Positions 9,001 through 26,038 of a DNA stretch of 64,000 bases are shown in pieces. The notes under the pieces were generated by a model. That model saw only the letters and a list, made by a program, of their open reading frames with translations. It was not told where the DNA came from and made no database searches. Both the position numbers and the translations under genes were made by a program. Positions within the stretch are counted from its first letter, which is position 1. Each line of letters begins with the position of its first letter. This DNA is from Haliangium sp. (GTDB lineage Bacteria > Myxococcota_A > Polyangia > Haliangiales > Haliangiaceae): positions 1 through 64,000 of the forward strand of contig NZ_JBNLBH010000019.1 of assembly GCF_050303215.1 (NCBI RefSeq), written 5' to 3'.

Positions 9001-10061
9001 TCGTCGAGCCAACGACGCAGAGTGACGCCCTCGACTAACTCCATAGCCACGAACACCTGCTCGCCCAAGCGCCCAGCGTCGTATACCGCGATGACGTTGG
9101 GGTGGGCCAACCGGGCCAAAGCCTGGGCCTCACGCAGGAGCCGGGCGCAGGCCTTGTCGACCGATCGTCCGGGGTTCACCCGCATCAGCTTGAGGGCCAC
9201 CTTGCGGTCCAACTCGGGGTCGTAGGCAGTGTAGACCACGCCCATGCCGCCGACGGCTAGGGCGCCCAGCACCACGTACCGCCCTACGCTCGTCCCCACC
9301 GGCAGATATTCGCCGTGACGCCCGGCCACGGCGGTCACCGTGGGGATTTCACCGGTCGCCTGGACCAGACTGAGCTCCGAACCGAGCCGATCCTCGACGT
9401 CGGGCAGCGACTCGACCGAGATCGACAGAGTCGAAGGTTCGGCCACCGCCGTCGCGCGGGTGCCGGGCTCCGCCGGCGACTCGAACGAGGTCACCACGTC
9501 GGCCAGGGACGGCAACGCCGCCGGCGGTGGCTGCCCGGGCCGCCCGCCTTCGAGCTCTTTGTCGTCCGATCGTACGACTCGATACGGACGCGGGCGCGCG
9601 AGCACCCCGGTGGGCGCGTCGATGTCGACGTCGTAGGTTTCGCTGGCGAGGCGATCGCGGGCGCGGAGGTTCCTCGCCCGTGGCTCTCCGTAGCGCCGGG
9701 TGGGCTCCTCGTGAGGAGAGACCGGGTTCCGGCGCACGGTCTCGTCTTCCTGGGTGACGTCCTCGTGGGTCGGGTCTTTTTGGGTGGCGGCTTCCCGCCG
9801 GAGCGCGTCCTCCCGGCGCGCGGCACGCGCGCGCGCACCGCTGGCGAGCTTGGCGTGCAGCGCGGCCCACGTCCGCTCGTCCGGCGCTGGTTGGTCCTCG
9901 ACTACCGTGTCGTCATCGAGGTCGGCGGCCGTAGAGGTGGCCCGTCTCGGCAACGAACGTTCGTCACCCTGGTCGGTCATGGCAAATACGGAGTCGTTTG
10001 AGCTTGGCAGCGACGCGAAGTGCGCGTCTCCCATTGTCTCACTCGGGAGATGAACTTGCAA
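6015..10061 (-). CDS. Ser/Thr protein kinase with long disordered N-terminus, one TM helix and a large C-terminal TPR region
   Basis: Kinase motifs GALAVGGMGVVYTAY, VALKLM, HRDFKPENVMM, DFGLARA, GTPGYMAPE. TM helix IGIAALVMMVVVGAAFLV followed by about 700 aa of TPR-like repeats. Start uncertain (M at 10061, 10034 or further in); it overlaps or abuts the stop of the upstream MscS gene. Confidence 0.8.
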   Translation of the reverse strand: MQVHLPSETMGDAHFASLPSSNDSVFAMTDQGDERSLPRRATSTAADLDDDTVVEDQPAPDERTWAALHAKLASGARARAARREDALRREAATQKDPTHEDVTQEDETVRRNPVSPHEEPTRRYGEPRARNLRARDRLASETYDVDIDAPTGVLARPRPYRVVRSDDKELEGGRPGQPPPAALPSLADVVTSFESPAEPGTRATAVAEPSTLSISVESLPDVEDRLGSELSLVQATGEIPTVTAVAGRHGEYLPVGTSVGRYVVLGALAVGGMGVVYTAYDPELDRKVALKLMRVNPGRSVDKACARLLREAQALARLAHPNVIAVYDAGRLGEQVFVAMELVEGVTLRRWLDEETPALSDILAAFWAAGQGLAAAHAAGLVHRDFKPENVMMGADGRVRVLDFGLARAAQQAADSSLPGSDSPPDAEVAGAGVETAPEPAAEVGVDTTVDDDAHGEDPHAPLAQFNPAAVERPGTLTRAGVSNLASRRVLHNPLTAHGALVGTPGYMAPEQYGGGSTDARTDQFSFCVALYEAVCGHRPFSGTRPEEVAYQMASGQIEPPPPQARTPAWLVTMMIRGLSAEPEQRYPSMNHLLADLEHGMQRGARLVRMGTAIGIAALVMMVVVGAAFLVTGERARSAALCQGSEERLATVWNDDLAATVAAGFAASGRPHASEAFEQVAREIETYGRDWVAIRVDTCEATHIRGERSEAMLDLSMSCLDRRLGTLRALTGVFVREIGDDGGLDGAVVDRALGAVRQLPGLRGCTDELALRDTYPMPGDPELRQAIATLTEDVDDVEARIQIGQYRAVSESLARLVQRADELDFPPLQARTRYLSGQTQHALGNLSSAEIRFHEAVGMAAEARDDRLLAALWTKLMWLVGAGQGRYQEALRMRPMAAASISRAGGDGALEADLLAHAGMLLARLGENAEAESMLRRAVDLGTATLGADHPQVSKYMSFLGELYFAQADYDMALESQERLIETTQDVCGAEHLFLVEPLISIGRIHTEQSRFQEALGRFQQAAAIERANLGDDAPGMARHLLDIGLAQLMLGDHDAAEKALDQAWQIADRAYPADHPRLAEVLLGRGRLHMARGQLGVAENELERARVICEATFGRRHERHAEAVWHLGAVALARGALDLAEERFREALAVREALLAPDHPAVAEALHGLGRTLVATGAYDQAEAALQRALSIYERREEGEGARAAAVLADLGAMWAAQGEHASALDQLSRALALKERVLGADHPDLAATLTALGRVHLALGDPEVAAVSLRRAMTIREARPGPALALARTRLALARALCAARLSESDLSEARKLATRARAELLEADIESRPQSRLAAQLDAVLTQCR

Positions 10062-11034
10062 CCGGCGCGGGCGGGTGCGCAGGTGCCTGGCGGCTGGCGT
10101 CGGTGCCGCGGTGAAGCACCGAGGGAGGGCGAATCCCCTGGTCGAGGTACGCCATTTTGACCCGCTCGGTTACATCCGACGCGAACAGCTTCTCATAGCG
10201 CACGTCGAGCACGTAAGCCTTCGCACGCAGCCGTGTCGCGAAGTAGGACGACTCGATGATATCGGTCACCAGCACTACGACTGGCTTTTCCAGGTAGACG
10301 AAGCGGCTGGTCCGAACCGCCTCGTATACGATGCGCTTGGCGGTGCGCAGGTCGCTGTCGATGGCGACGTAGAAGTCCATGACGATCTGCATGTCGAGCG
10401 CGCCGGCGTTGCCCGACACCACCGCTTCGGTGAGAAAACGATTGTTCGGGATGGTCACCAGCGAGTCGTCGAGGGTGACCAGACGCACGGAGCGCAGCCC
10501 GATGGCGAGGATCTCGCCGTAGTGGCCGGCGACGGTGACACGGTCACCGACTTGAAAGGGCCGATCGAAGAGGATGATGATGCCGGCCAGCACCGACGAC
10601 GCCAGGTCCTTGAGCGCGAAGCCGATGGCCACCGCCAGCGCGACCAGGACCTGGCCCTCGAGTCGAATCGACGCGCTCACCACCAGGATGCTGGTGAGCA
10701 CGTAGATGATGAACCGAAGCACGGTGCTGATCTGCTGCAGCATCAGGCGCCGGTCCGAGAACCGCTTGCTCAGGGAGTCGGTCAGACCAGTGATGAAGCG
10801 GAGTACCAGCAGCGCGATGGCGATGACGATCAGCGACACCACCAGCCCGGCCGGGCTGACCTGCTCGATGAGCCGGGCCAGGTCGATGCCGGCCAACTCC
10901 TGGGCCCGGGCCGGGGCCGGCCAGGCCCATGCGAAGATCCCGACGAGGACCCCCACGAGGGAGATTGCGAGCGAGCCGCCGGCGCGGCGTCGGCGGCCGG
11001 CGAACACGAGGAGACGCGGTTGGGGCTGGGTCAT
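10039..11034 (-). CDS. Small-conductance mechanosensitive channel, MscS family
   Basis: Three N-terminal TM helices, then the MscS beta-domain signature (LFDRPFQVGDRVTVAGHYGEILAIGLRSVRLVTLDDSLVTIPN) and a C-terminal domain. Its ATG overlaps the stop of the upstream gene as ATGA at 11031..11034. Confidence 0.88.
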   Translation of the reverse strand: MTQPQPRLLVFAGRRRRAGGSLAISLVGVLVGIFAWAWPAPARAQELAGIDLARLIEQVSPAGLVVSLIVIAIALLVLRFITGLTDSLSKRFSDRRLMLQQISTVLRFIIYVLTSILVVSASIRLEGQVLVALAVAIGFALKDLASSVLAGIIILFDRPFQVGDRVTVAGHYGEILAIGLRSVRLVTLDDSLVTIPNNRFLTEAVVSGNAGALDMQIVMDFYVAIDSDLRTAKRIVYEAVRTSRFVYLEKPVVVLVTDIIESSYFATRLRAKAYVLDVRYEKLFASDVTERVKMAYLDQGIRPPSVLHRGTDASRQAPAHPPAPVASSSPE

Positions 11035-14000
11035 GAGTACAAGAAGTGCCGGCGCTTGAGGTAGCGGATGATGGGCTGCTGCCAGTGGGTGGCGAGCCGG
11101 AAGCGGCCGCTGCCGCCGCCCTCACGCAGGTAGCCGTGCTCGCAGCAGTAATCGAGCGCGAACCGGCAGAAGTCGGCGGGCAGGTTGGACACGGCGGTCA
11201 GCTCGTCGGCGTCGAGGTTCTCGTGCTCGACCACGGCGGTGAGCACGAAGGCCATGTCGTCCGAGAGTTCTTCCAGCTCCTCGATGCGAGGAGCCGCGAA
11301 CAGGTGCACCCGCACCCGCGGCTTGTCGGGGTCGGGCACCAATGAGCGCAGCCAGTAGTGAGTGGCCACCCGGGGGTTGCCGTCGGTGAAGTCCCACAAC
11401 AACCGAAAGTAGCCCTGGGACGTGCGGATGACCTGGGCTCGGGTCTCGACTCCTTCGATGCGGGTGACCAGGAGGTCAGTGAAGTTGGGCCGGTAGCCGG
11501 CCCGGCGCATGCGGGTGAGCAGCAGGCGCCGGAGCTGCTCGTCGCTCCAGCGCCCGATCTCGACCACCCGACGGAAGTAGGCCACCCCGCCGGCGATGTT
11601 ACGCAGGTAGTCCCAGGCGGCGTCGTTGAAGGTGAGGACCCAGAAGACCTGCTCGCAACTCTGGTTGACGATGCGGGTGAAGGCCTCCCAGGCGGCGAAG
11701 CCTCCCACCTGGCGCAAGAAGAAGTTGTGGCACCCGTCGAGGGCGATGATCGTCGGGGGCTGGGCGCAGATGGCCTCGATCAGCTCGTCTTCGTCGGTGA
11801 ATACGCGCGGGCCGGCCACCTCGTCGCCGGCGAGCGCCGGGGACAGCCCCAACAGCCCGCCCAAGGCCGCCACCAGCGCGCGCGGCTGGGTGTACTTGGT
11901 GGTGATCTCGGCGCTCAGCACCGGCGCCTCCAGCTCGCCCTCCAGCATGGCCAGGAGCGTGCTCTTGCCCATGCCGGTGGCGCCGACCACGACCACCGAG
12001 CCCTGCACCCGATCCTTCTGCCAGGCCTTGTAGGAGGCTTTGATCTCGGACAGGGTCTCGAGCTTGACCGGGCGGTCGGCCTGGCCGATGGCATTGGTGG
12101 GGAACTGGGCCACCAGGGCCTCGGGCAGGGGCAGGGGCTGTTCGAGCACACGACCCCGCTCGGCCGCCTGCTTCTCGACCCGGCGCCGAAACAGAAACGC
12201 CAGCAGCCGCTTGGTGGCGTCCAGGCCGGCGACCTCGTCGCGCACGAACAGGCCCAGGCGGTGCGCCAGCACCACGACCAGGGCCAGCGCGCTCACCACG
12301 GCCCCATACAGGCGCCGGCCGTGGCGCGCGGTGAGTCGGGCCAGCGCACCTTCCCGCGCCAGCCGGCCGGCGACCACGTCGGCGATGGCGGCGCGCCACA
12401 CATGCAGGCAGATCGCCAGGAGCAAGACCCCGCCCCACCAGGCGTAGCGGGTGGCCAGGGTCCATAGCACGCCGCGGTCGAGGCCGTACTCGACGAGCGA
12501 AAGCAAGATGAAGACTACCGCTAGGTAGCCGGAGAGGATCCGCCAGGCCCGGGCCAGGAGCGGCCACGGGACCTGGACCGGGGCCGACTCGGGAGCCGGC
12601 GGGGGCTGGTCGGACGCCTCCCCAGGGTGCTCCTCGGCGAAGGCGCTGTCCTGCGCCTGCAGCTCGGCGTACTCGCGCGCGCGCTCATGGGCGCGTTGCT
12701 CGAAGTACCGGGACAGGCGGTCGATGAAGTGCATGAGGGCCCGGAACAGGGCCACCCAGAACACCAGTCGATAGCCGACCTCAGCCTCGGGCGGGGCCTG
12801 GATGCCGGCGTCGCCGTGGTCCTGTCCAAGCTGCCAGTACACGACTCGGGCCGCGCCGAGCCACAGCAGCGGGGGGCCGAAGGCGCGGGCGAAGTCGCAC
12901 AGCCGGGCCAGCGTGAGGGTCCACGGCCCCACTGGGAGCGTGGTCCCGATGAACTCGACAAGGCGCTGCATCCAGCCGTCCCAGCCGCGCAGGCAGAAGC
13001 GCAAGAGCAAGACGATCACGACGATGTCGAACAGCCACCACAGCAGCTCGCCGATGACGCTCAGGTCGCGCAGCAGACCGAGCCCGGCGCGGGCGGCGTC
13101 GAGCCTGCGGCTGGCCCAGTAGCCGAGCGCGATCACGACCTGGGCCAGCTCGCCGCGCAGCTCGTCGATGGTCGCGGACGCCGACAGCGGGGCCCGTACC
13201 GCCGCGTGCTCGGGCGCGAGCTGGGCCCGGGTGTCGATGCGCAGCGCGTACAGCTTGCCCAGGTGGAGGTAGCGCAGCGCCGCCCAGGCTCGCCACAGCT
13301 CCCGCACCTCCTCGCGCTTGCGCGCGGCCTCCCGCTCCAGGCGGTCGCGCAGGTGCTCGAGTTCGGTCACGGCGGCCTGGTACTCGCCGGGCAGCTCGCG
13401 CACCTCCTCGCTCAGCACCGGCGGGGGCGCCGGCACCGGCGGCGCCGGGCGAGGCCAGCGGGCGGCGGCGAGTAGGTCCAACAAGCGCGCTGGGACGAGG
13501 GCGAAGCGGGCCTCGAGCAGGGCCTGTTGGACGTCTTGGTAGCGCGTGGCGGCGGGCTCGATCTTGGCCAACTCGGCCTCCTGCGCGGACAGACGGTCAT
13601 GCTCGCGCCCGATCTCACGCTCGCGGGCGAGCACGACGACTCGTTCGAAGCGGGCGAGCTGCTCGGCGACCTCGTGCATCGCGGCCTCCTCCTTGCGCAG
13701 CGAGGCCTCGGCCAGCGACGCCGCCCGCTCCTGCTCTTCGAGGGCGCTCTGGCGGGCCGCGGCGGCCTCGCGCCGGGCTCGCTCGGCCTGCTGATCGCGC
13801 TCGGCGATCGCGCGTTCGGCGCTGTCCTGGGCCTCCGCCTCGCGACGCGCGGGCTGGCTCGCGACCAAGTAGACCCGAATGGCGTCGAGCAAGATCACGC
13901 GGGCCTCGGCCAACTCGCGCTCGCGCCGAACCCGTTCGAGCTGGGCATCGACCGGCGGCGGCGGTACCGGGTCGGCGTCGATGCTCGCCACGCCGGCGTC

Positions 14001-14582
14001 CGGGGTCGCTCCGGGGCGCCGGCGCCGGCGCCCGAGGTCCGGTGCTGGGCCCGCGTCCACAGGCGCTGGTACAGACCACTGGACCACCACCGCCGCCTCC
14101 ACCGCACGTGCGTCTGCGGCCGCGACCGCGAGCCCCTGACGGCCCCGATCGAGCACCGGCAGGAAGCTGTCGACCGCGTCGGCGCTGCCGAGATCGAGCG
14201 GGGGCGGCTCGTCACCGAGCCCGACCGCGAGCAGATCGGCCACCACCTGCTCGAGCCCAAGGCCACCCGGCAGCAGCGCCGGCACCGCCGGGAGAGTTGG
14301 GTCCAGGCCCTGCACGGCCTCGAGCTGGCGCTTGACGACCGCGAGCTTGCCGTCGAGCAGCGCGACCTGATGACGCCGGAAGGCCTCCAGATCGTCACCG
14401 CTGGGGTCGAGGCCTGGCTCGGGCTCGGCCTCACCGGCCGCGGTCCCGGTCTCGCCGGCCGTGGTCACTTCATCGGGGCCGGCGTCGGCGGGCGCTGACG
14501 CCGGCGCGGCCCCAACCGGGGCGACCGGCACGAGCACCAGCACGAGGACGAGAACCAGGACCGCAGGCACGGACGCGAGCAT
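11031..14582 (-). CDS. Large envelope protein: signal peptide, Ala/Glu/Arg coiled-coil region (about 500 aa), multi-TM block, C-terminal P-loop NTPase domain
   Basis: N-terminal signal peptide LVLVLVLVLVPVAPVGA. Long coiled coil between about aa 200 and 480. At least 5 hydrophobic helices between about aa 540 and 800. Walker A VVVVGATGMGKSTLLAML and Walker B-like PTIIALDGCHNFF near the C-terminus. First gene of an overlapping three-gene unit. Confidence 0.7.
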   Translation of the reverse strand: MLASVPAVLVLVLVLVLVPVAPVGAAPASAPADAGPDEVTTAGETGTAAGEAEPEPGLDPSGDDLEAFRRHQVALLDGKLAVVKRQLEAVQGLDPTLPAVPALLPGGLGLEQVVADLLAVGLGDEPPPLDLGSADAVDSFLPVLDRGRQGLAVAAADARAVEAAVVVQWSVPAPVDAGPAPDLGRRRRRPGATPDAGVASIDADPVPPPPVDAQLERVRRERELAEARVILLDAIRVYLVASQPARREAEAQDSAERAIAERDQQAERARREAAAARQSALEEQERAASLAEASLRKEEAAMHEVAEQLARFERVVVLAREREIGREHDRLSAQEAELAKIEPAATRYQDVQQALLEARFALVPARLLDLLAAARWPRPAPPVPAPPPVLSEEVRELPGEYQAAVTELEHLRDRLEREAARKREEVRELWRAWAALRYLHLGKLYALRIDTRAQLAPEHAAVRAPLSASATIDELRGELAQVVIALGYWASRRLDAARAGLGLLRDLSVIGELLWWLFDIVVIVLLLRFCLRGWDGWMQRLVEFIGTTLPVGPWTLTLARLCDFARAFGPPLLWLGAARVVYWQLGQDHGDAGIQAPPEAEVGYRLVFWVALFRALMHFIDRLSRYFEQRAHERAREYAELQAQDSAFAEEHPGEASDQPPPAPESAPVQVPWPLLARAWRILSGYLAVVFILLSLVEYGLDRGVLWTLATRYAWWGGVLLLAICLHVWRAAIADVVAGRLAREGALARLTARHGRRLYGAVVSALALVVVLAHRLGLFVRDEVAGLDATKRLLAFLFRRRVEKQAAERGRVLEQPLPLPEALVAQFPTNAIGQADRPVKLETLSEIKASYKAWQKDRVQGSVVVVGATGMGKSTLLAMLEGELEAPVLSAEITTKYTQPRALVAALGGLLGLSPALAGDEVAGPRVFTDEDELIEAICAQPPTIIALDGCHNFFLRQVGGFAAWEAFTRIVNQSCEQVFWVLTFNDAAWDYLRNIAGGVAYFRRVVEIGRWSDEQLRRLLLTRMRRAGYRPNFTDLLVTRIEGVETRAQVIRTSQGYFRLLWDFTDGNPRVATHYWLRSLVPDPDKPRVRVHLFAAPRIEELEELSDDMAFVLTAVVEHENLDADELTAVSNLPADFCRFALDYCCEHGYLREGGGSGRFRLATHWQQPIIRYLKRRHFLYS

Positions 14583-14660
14583 AACGCGGCCGCCAGGCTT
14601 CCGGGCAACACCGCGACCTGCGAGACCAATCGGGACAGCCGCGCGCCGGGCGCGCAGCCG

Positions 14661-15809
14661 TCATTGAAAGGGCAGCACGCGCTCCATTGGGACGTAAAAG
14701 CGGGCCTCCCACGAGGCCTCGTTGTGGGCCCCGCTGGGCTCGAACCAGTGGAAAAGGTCAGCGCCGTGCACGTAGCCCTTGCTCTCGAGGGTGTCGCGCA
14801 TGTCGGCGGTGTTGGTGGCGCCGTCGTTCTGGCCGCCGGCGTCGATGTACAGCACCACCGGCACCTTGGCGCCGGTGTGGCCGGCCACCGTGTCGATGAG
14901 GAAGCGGTCGTTCCACCAGAAACTGCTCGACATGCACACCGCGGTGCCGAACACCTGCGGGCGCGTCCACGCGGCCCAGAAGCTGATCAGGCCGCCCAGC
15001 GACGAGCCGCCGATGAGGGTGTTCGCGGGCCCGGTGAGGACTCGGTAGTTGGCCTCGATGAAGGGCTTGAGCTCGAACTGCAAGAAGTCGAGATAGCTCT
15101 CGCCATTGCCGCCGCCGTAGTCGGGATCGGGCACGGGGGTGTACTCGGAGATGCGGTCGGCGTCGTTGTCCACCGCGACCACGATGACCTCGCGCATGCG
15201 ACCCTGGGCGATCAGGCTGTCGATGGTGTCGTCGACCTCCCAGGCCACGCCGCCGAAGGCCTCGCTGTCGTGGAACAGGTTCTGGCCGTCGTGCATGTAC
15301 AGCACCGGGTACTGTTTGGCCGCGTTCTCGGTGTAGCTCGGCGGCAGGTAGATGGTGATGTCACGGCTGTCCTGCATGTTCTGGGAAAAAAAGCCCGAGA
15401 TGGTGTGCAGGCTGCCCTGGGCAGGCCCAAAGAAGGGATACACGTGGACCACGCTGTCGCCGCTCGGGACCACGTAGTTGGCGCCCACGGACCACTGGCT
15501 GTCGTTGAACAGGGGCTTGAACTCGAACCCGCCGGACGAGGCCGGGGTGGTCAGCACCCAGTCGTTGCCCGCGGTCCAGGTGGCGCCGCTGCCCTGGCTC
15601 CAGCTCAGCCCGGCGCCGCTGCCGCGCACACTGATGAAGTTGCCAAAGCCGGTGTCGTAGTGGACATGGATCTCGGCCGCCTGGGCGGTGCCGGCGGCCG
15701 AGCACAGCAGCGCGGCCCACAGGGCGACCGCGGCGGCGGGGACGGAGACGATCGGGCGGCGGCCCGGCGCGGGCCGCGACGAAGACGAGGCGAGGGGTCG
15801 ATAGTGCAT
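14661..15809 (-). CDS. Secreted esterase (putative esterase / esterase D family) with N-terminal carbohydrate-binding-like beta-sandwich domain
   Basis: Signal peptide after MHYRPLASSS. An E[FY]K-type CBM-like N-domain (GATWTAGNDWVLTT...GGFEFKPLFNDSQWS). Esterase core with PVLYMHDGQN, GGSSLGG (nucleophile Ser) and a C-terminal His. ORF start trimmed from 16097 to the M at 15809. Confidence 0.8.
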   Translation of the reverse strand: MHYRPLASSSSRPAPGRRPIVSVPAAAVALWAALLCSAAGTAQAAEIHVHYDTGFGNFISVRGSGAGLSWSQGSGATWTAGNDWVLTTPASSGGFEFKPLFNDSQWSVGANYVVPSGDSVVHVYPFFGPAQGSLHTISGFFSQNMQDSRDITIYLPPSYTENAAKQYPVLYMHDGQNLFHDSEAFGGVAWEVDDTIDSLIAQGRMREVIVVAVDNDADRISEYTPVPDPDYGGGNGESYLDFLQFELKPFIEANYRVLTGPANTLIGGSSLGGLISFWAAWTRPQVFGTAVCMSSSFWWNDRFLIDTVAGHTGAKVPVVLYIDAGGQNDGATNTADMRDTLESKGYVHGADLFHWFEPSGAHNEASWEARFYVPMERVLPFQ

Positions 15810-15903
15810 TGGGTTCCTCTGACGTGACGGTGACGAAGATGGAGCGCGCCCGGCCCGTGGCCGAGCTGGGACACCTGAGCGGATCCCGCGATGGGCGCGG
15901 CGC

Positions 15904-17886
<1,983 letters not shown>

Positions 17887-18169
17887 GAGCCACGTTTAGC
17901 ACGAGCGCCCAAGGGCGCGGAAGGGGCGCATCGGCGGCGCCGCCGGGGCAACCAGCGCTGGCGGCGGCAGGCGCTCGCGGGGCGACGCAGTGGTGGCGCC
18001 GACTCCGGCACGAGCGAGCGGGCCGTCCATCGATCCCGGCTACCGGCGCCGACCGTGTCGCGGCGGGCCGTCCCCTGTCGGCGCGGCAATAGGAGAAAGA
18101 TCGTCACTTCTGGTCGTATTTCCGGATTGGGCTCTTGGAACCCGCCCCATGCATCAGGATAATGGCGCG

Positions 18170-21826
<3,657 letters not shown>

Positions 21827-22046
21827 GCGCCGCGGCGATCGCGCGATCTCGACGCCGAGGGCTCGACCGTCGACCGCATCGCGTGGTGCAGGCGAGACAT
21901 CCACGTCACAGGCTGAGGTACATCGGCCACAGCCGACCCCCGTGCAGACATGGAAGTATGCGCGCTCTGGGCCCGGCAGAGGCGGCACGGGGTTTGCTGA
22001 ATACCGGGAGCAGATGACGCCGCCATTGTTCCCGAAAGGATCGCAT

Positions 22047-23141
22047 ATGAAGTCCTCCCCTCGGCTGGCCGCGATGGCCCTCCTGCTCACTCCTGCCCTG
22101 GGCTGCATGGCCACCCCTGACGACCCCGGCGGCGACCCGCCCGACCCGCCATCAGGCCCAGACGCCGGCCCGCCGCCGTCGCCCCCGGACGCGCAGGTGC
22201 CGCCGACGGTCGGGTTCCGCACCTGCATGGACGGCGTGATGCCTGCCGATCTGCCCCAGGTGGACTGGTCGAACCCACTGAACGACGTCATCACCCTCGC
22301 CGACCCGTGGCACAGCGCCCAGGACGTGATCGCCGCGACCGGACACGACACCAACCTGGCGGGCAAGTTCTCGTACGGGGACATCAGCAAGGATCTGGAG
22401 GGCGAGCGGATCGAGGTCTGGATCGATGACTGCGCCGGGGGTTATCGCAAGCTGGGCGAGCAGGTCAGCAACTCCGACGGCCGCATCGGCCTGCCCCTGA
22501 GCAGCGCCGAGGTGCCCGCGGCGGGCGTCTACGGGCTGGTGTTCCGAGTCATGGGCGATGACAGCACGGCCGCCTCGGTGCTGCGCGTGTACCCGCCCGG
22601 GACCCACTTCGTGGTGTTCGACATCGACGCCACCCTCACCACCAGCGATAGCGAACTGGTGGGGCAAATCGTGGCCGAGATCCTGACCGGGATCGTCGCC
22701 CCGCCCGACGCCCGCGCCGGCGCGCACGACATCGCCGCGCTACGACACCAGCAGGGCTACGAGCTCATCTACCTCACCGGACGGCCCTATCTGCTCGACG
22801 CCCTCACCCGCGGCTGGCTCGACGACCTGAGCTTCCCCGGCGGCACCGTGCACCTCACCGACGAGGTCGCCGACTCGTGGCCGTCGGAGAGCGCGGTGGG
22901 CGACTACAAGGCCGATTTTCTGCAGTCCGTGCTCGACCTCGGCTTCACCATCGACCTGGCCTACGGCAACGCCAGCAGCGACATCTACGCCTACGAGCAG
23001 GTCGGCGTCGCCAAGGAGCGGACCTATATCCTCGGTGAGAACGGCGGCATGGCGGGCACCGTGGCCCTGGGCGACACCTACCTCGCGCACCTCGACGACG
23101 CCGCCGCAGAGGCGGCTCCCGAACAGCCGTTCGAGCGTTAG
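22047..23141 (+). CDS. Lipoprotein with lipin/LNS2-like HAD phosphatase domain
   Basis: Signal peptide plus lipobox LLTPALGC. HAD motif I FVVFDIDATLTTSD. C-terminal LAYGNASSDIYAYEQVGVAKERTYILGENG parallels the lipin LNS2 segment [30 protein letters not shown]. RBS aaagga upstream. Confidence 0.75.
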   Translation: MKSSPRLAAMALLLTPALGCMATPDDPGGDPPDPPSGPDAGPPPSPPDAQVPPTVGFRTCMDGVMPADLPQVDWSNPLNDVITLADPWHSAQDVIAATGHDTNLAGKFSYGDISKDLEGERIEVWIDDCAGGYRKLGEQVSNSDGRIGLPLSSAEVPAAGVYGLVFRVMGDDSTAASVLRVYPPGTHFVVFDIDATLTTSDSELVGQIVAEILTGIVAPPDARAGAHDIAALRHQQGYELIYLTGRPYLLDALTRGWLDDLSFPGGTVHLTDEVADSWPSESAVGDYKADFLQSVLDLGFTIDLAYGNASSDIYAYEQVGVAKERTYILGENGGMAGTVALGDTYLAHLDDAAAEAAPEQPFER

Positions 23142-23270
23142 CGGCTTCCATCCAGAAGCGCGAGGCGCGACCTCCGGCGGCCAGCGCGCCGCGTTCGCGC
23201 CCGGCTGCACGCACTTTCGCGTCCTACGGCGCGTGCTATAACCTCTCCGGCTCGCCGAGAGAAGACGCCC

Positions 23271-23837
23271 ATGCAGCTCCGTACCATTGCGCTCAGTGTC
23301 GCGACGGCCGCCGTATTGGGGGCCCTGGTGATCTTGTTCGTACAGGTTCGAGCGACGCCGGACATCGACGTACCGCCGGACGAGCTCGAGCAAGCCCGCG
23401 CGCGCTACCAGCGAACCCAGGCCGCGCGGGCGCCGCGCCCCCGTGCAAGCCGCCCGATCACGACCACCCGCCGGGCCGCGACCCGCTCCACCGAGGCAGC
23501 GTCGCCGACGAGCGCCGAGCGCGAGGACGAGCGCGAGGACGACGGCGACAGCGAGCGTCGGCGGCCGGCGATCAATTCTCCCGACCAGCCGCTGCGCAAG
23601 GCGTCGCAAGACACGCTGCGGGCCGCCTATGACCGCGGGGACTTCGAGGGCGCGCTCGACAACGCCACCCAGCACCTGCGCGAGTACCCCAACGACCGCT
23701 ACGCTCAGCGTGTGATCGTAGTCGCCGCTTGCGCACTCGGCGAAGCCGAGGTCGCCCGGCGCTACTACGAGGCCGCGATCCCGCAAGATCAGCGCATCAT
23801 GGAGATCCGCTGCGGCCGCTACAACTTCGACCTATGA
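23271..23837 (+). CDS. Hypothetical membrane-anchored protein with charged linker and TPR-like C-terminal helices
   Basis: N-terminal TM helix IALSVATAAVLGALVILFV, an acidic/basic low-complexity linker, and C-terminal helical repeats. Codon usage and GC3 fit this strand better than the antisense ORF 22740..23786. Confidence 0.55.
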   Translation: MQLRTIALSVATAAVLGALVILFVQVRATPDIDVPPDELEQARARYQRTQAARAPRPRASRPITTTRRAATRSTEAASPTSAEREDEREDDGDSERRRPAINSPDQPLRKASQDTLRAAYDRGDFEGALDNATQHLREYPNDRYAQRVIVVAACALGEAEVARRYYEAAIPQDQRIMEIRCGRYNFDL

Positions 23838-23925
23838 GCCTGCGGGCGCATTTCCGCGGTCGCCCACGTAGACTCGCTGCGGCGGTTGCCCTGCGGCGCG
23901 TTCGAGCCCATGCCCGCGGTCGACG

Positions 23926-25968
<2,043 letters not shown>

Positions 25969-26038
25969 GACCGCCCGCAGCGTATCACAGCCGCGCACGA
26001 CTGTTGGAACCCAGGCCAGAGAGAGTTAGGTTCACGCC

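Noticed and set aside
6834-9038. 734-aa plus-strand ORF
   Set aside because: Antisense to the TPR region of the STPK 6015..10061. No motifs.
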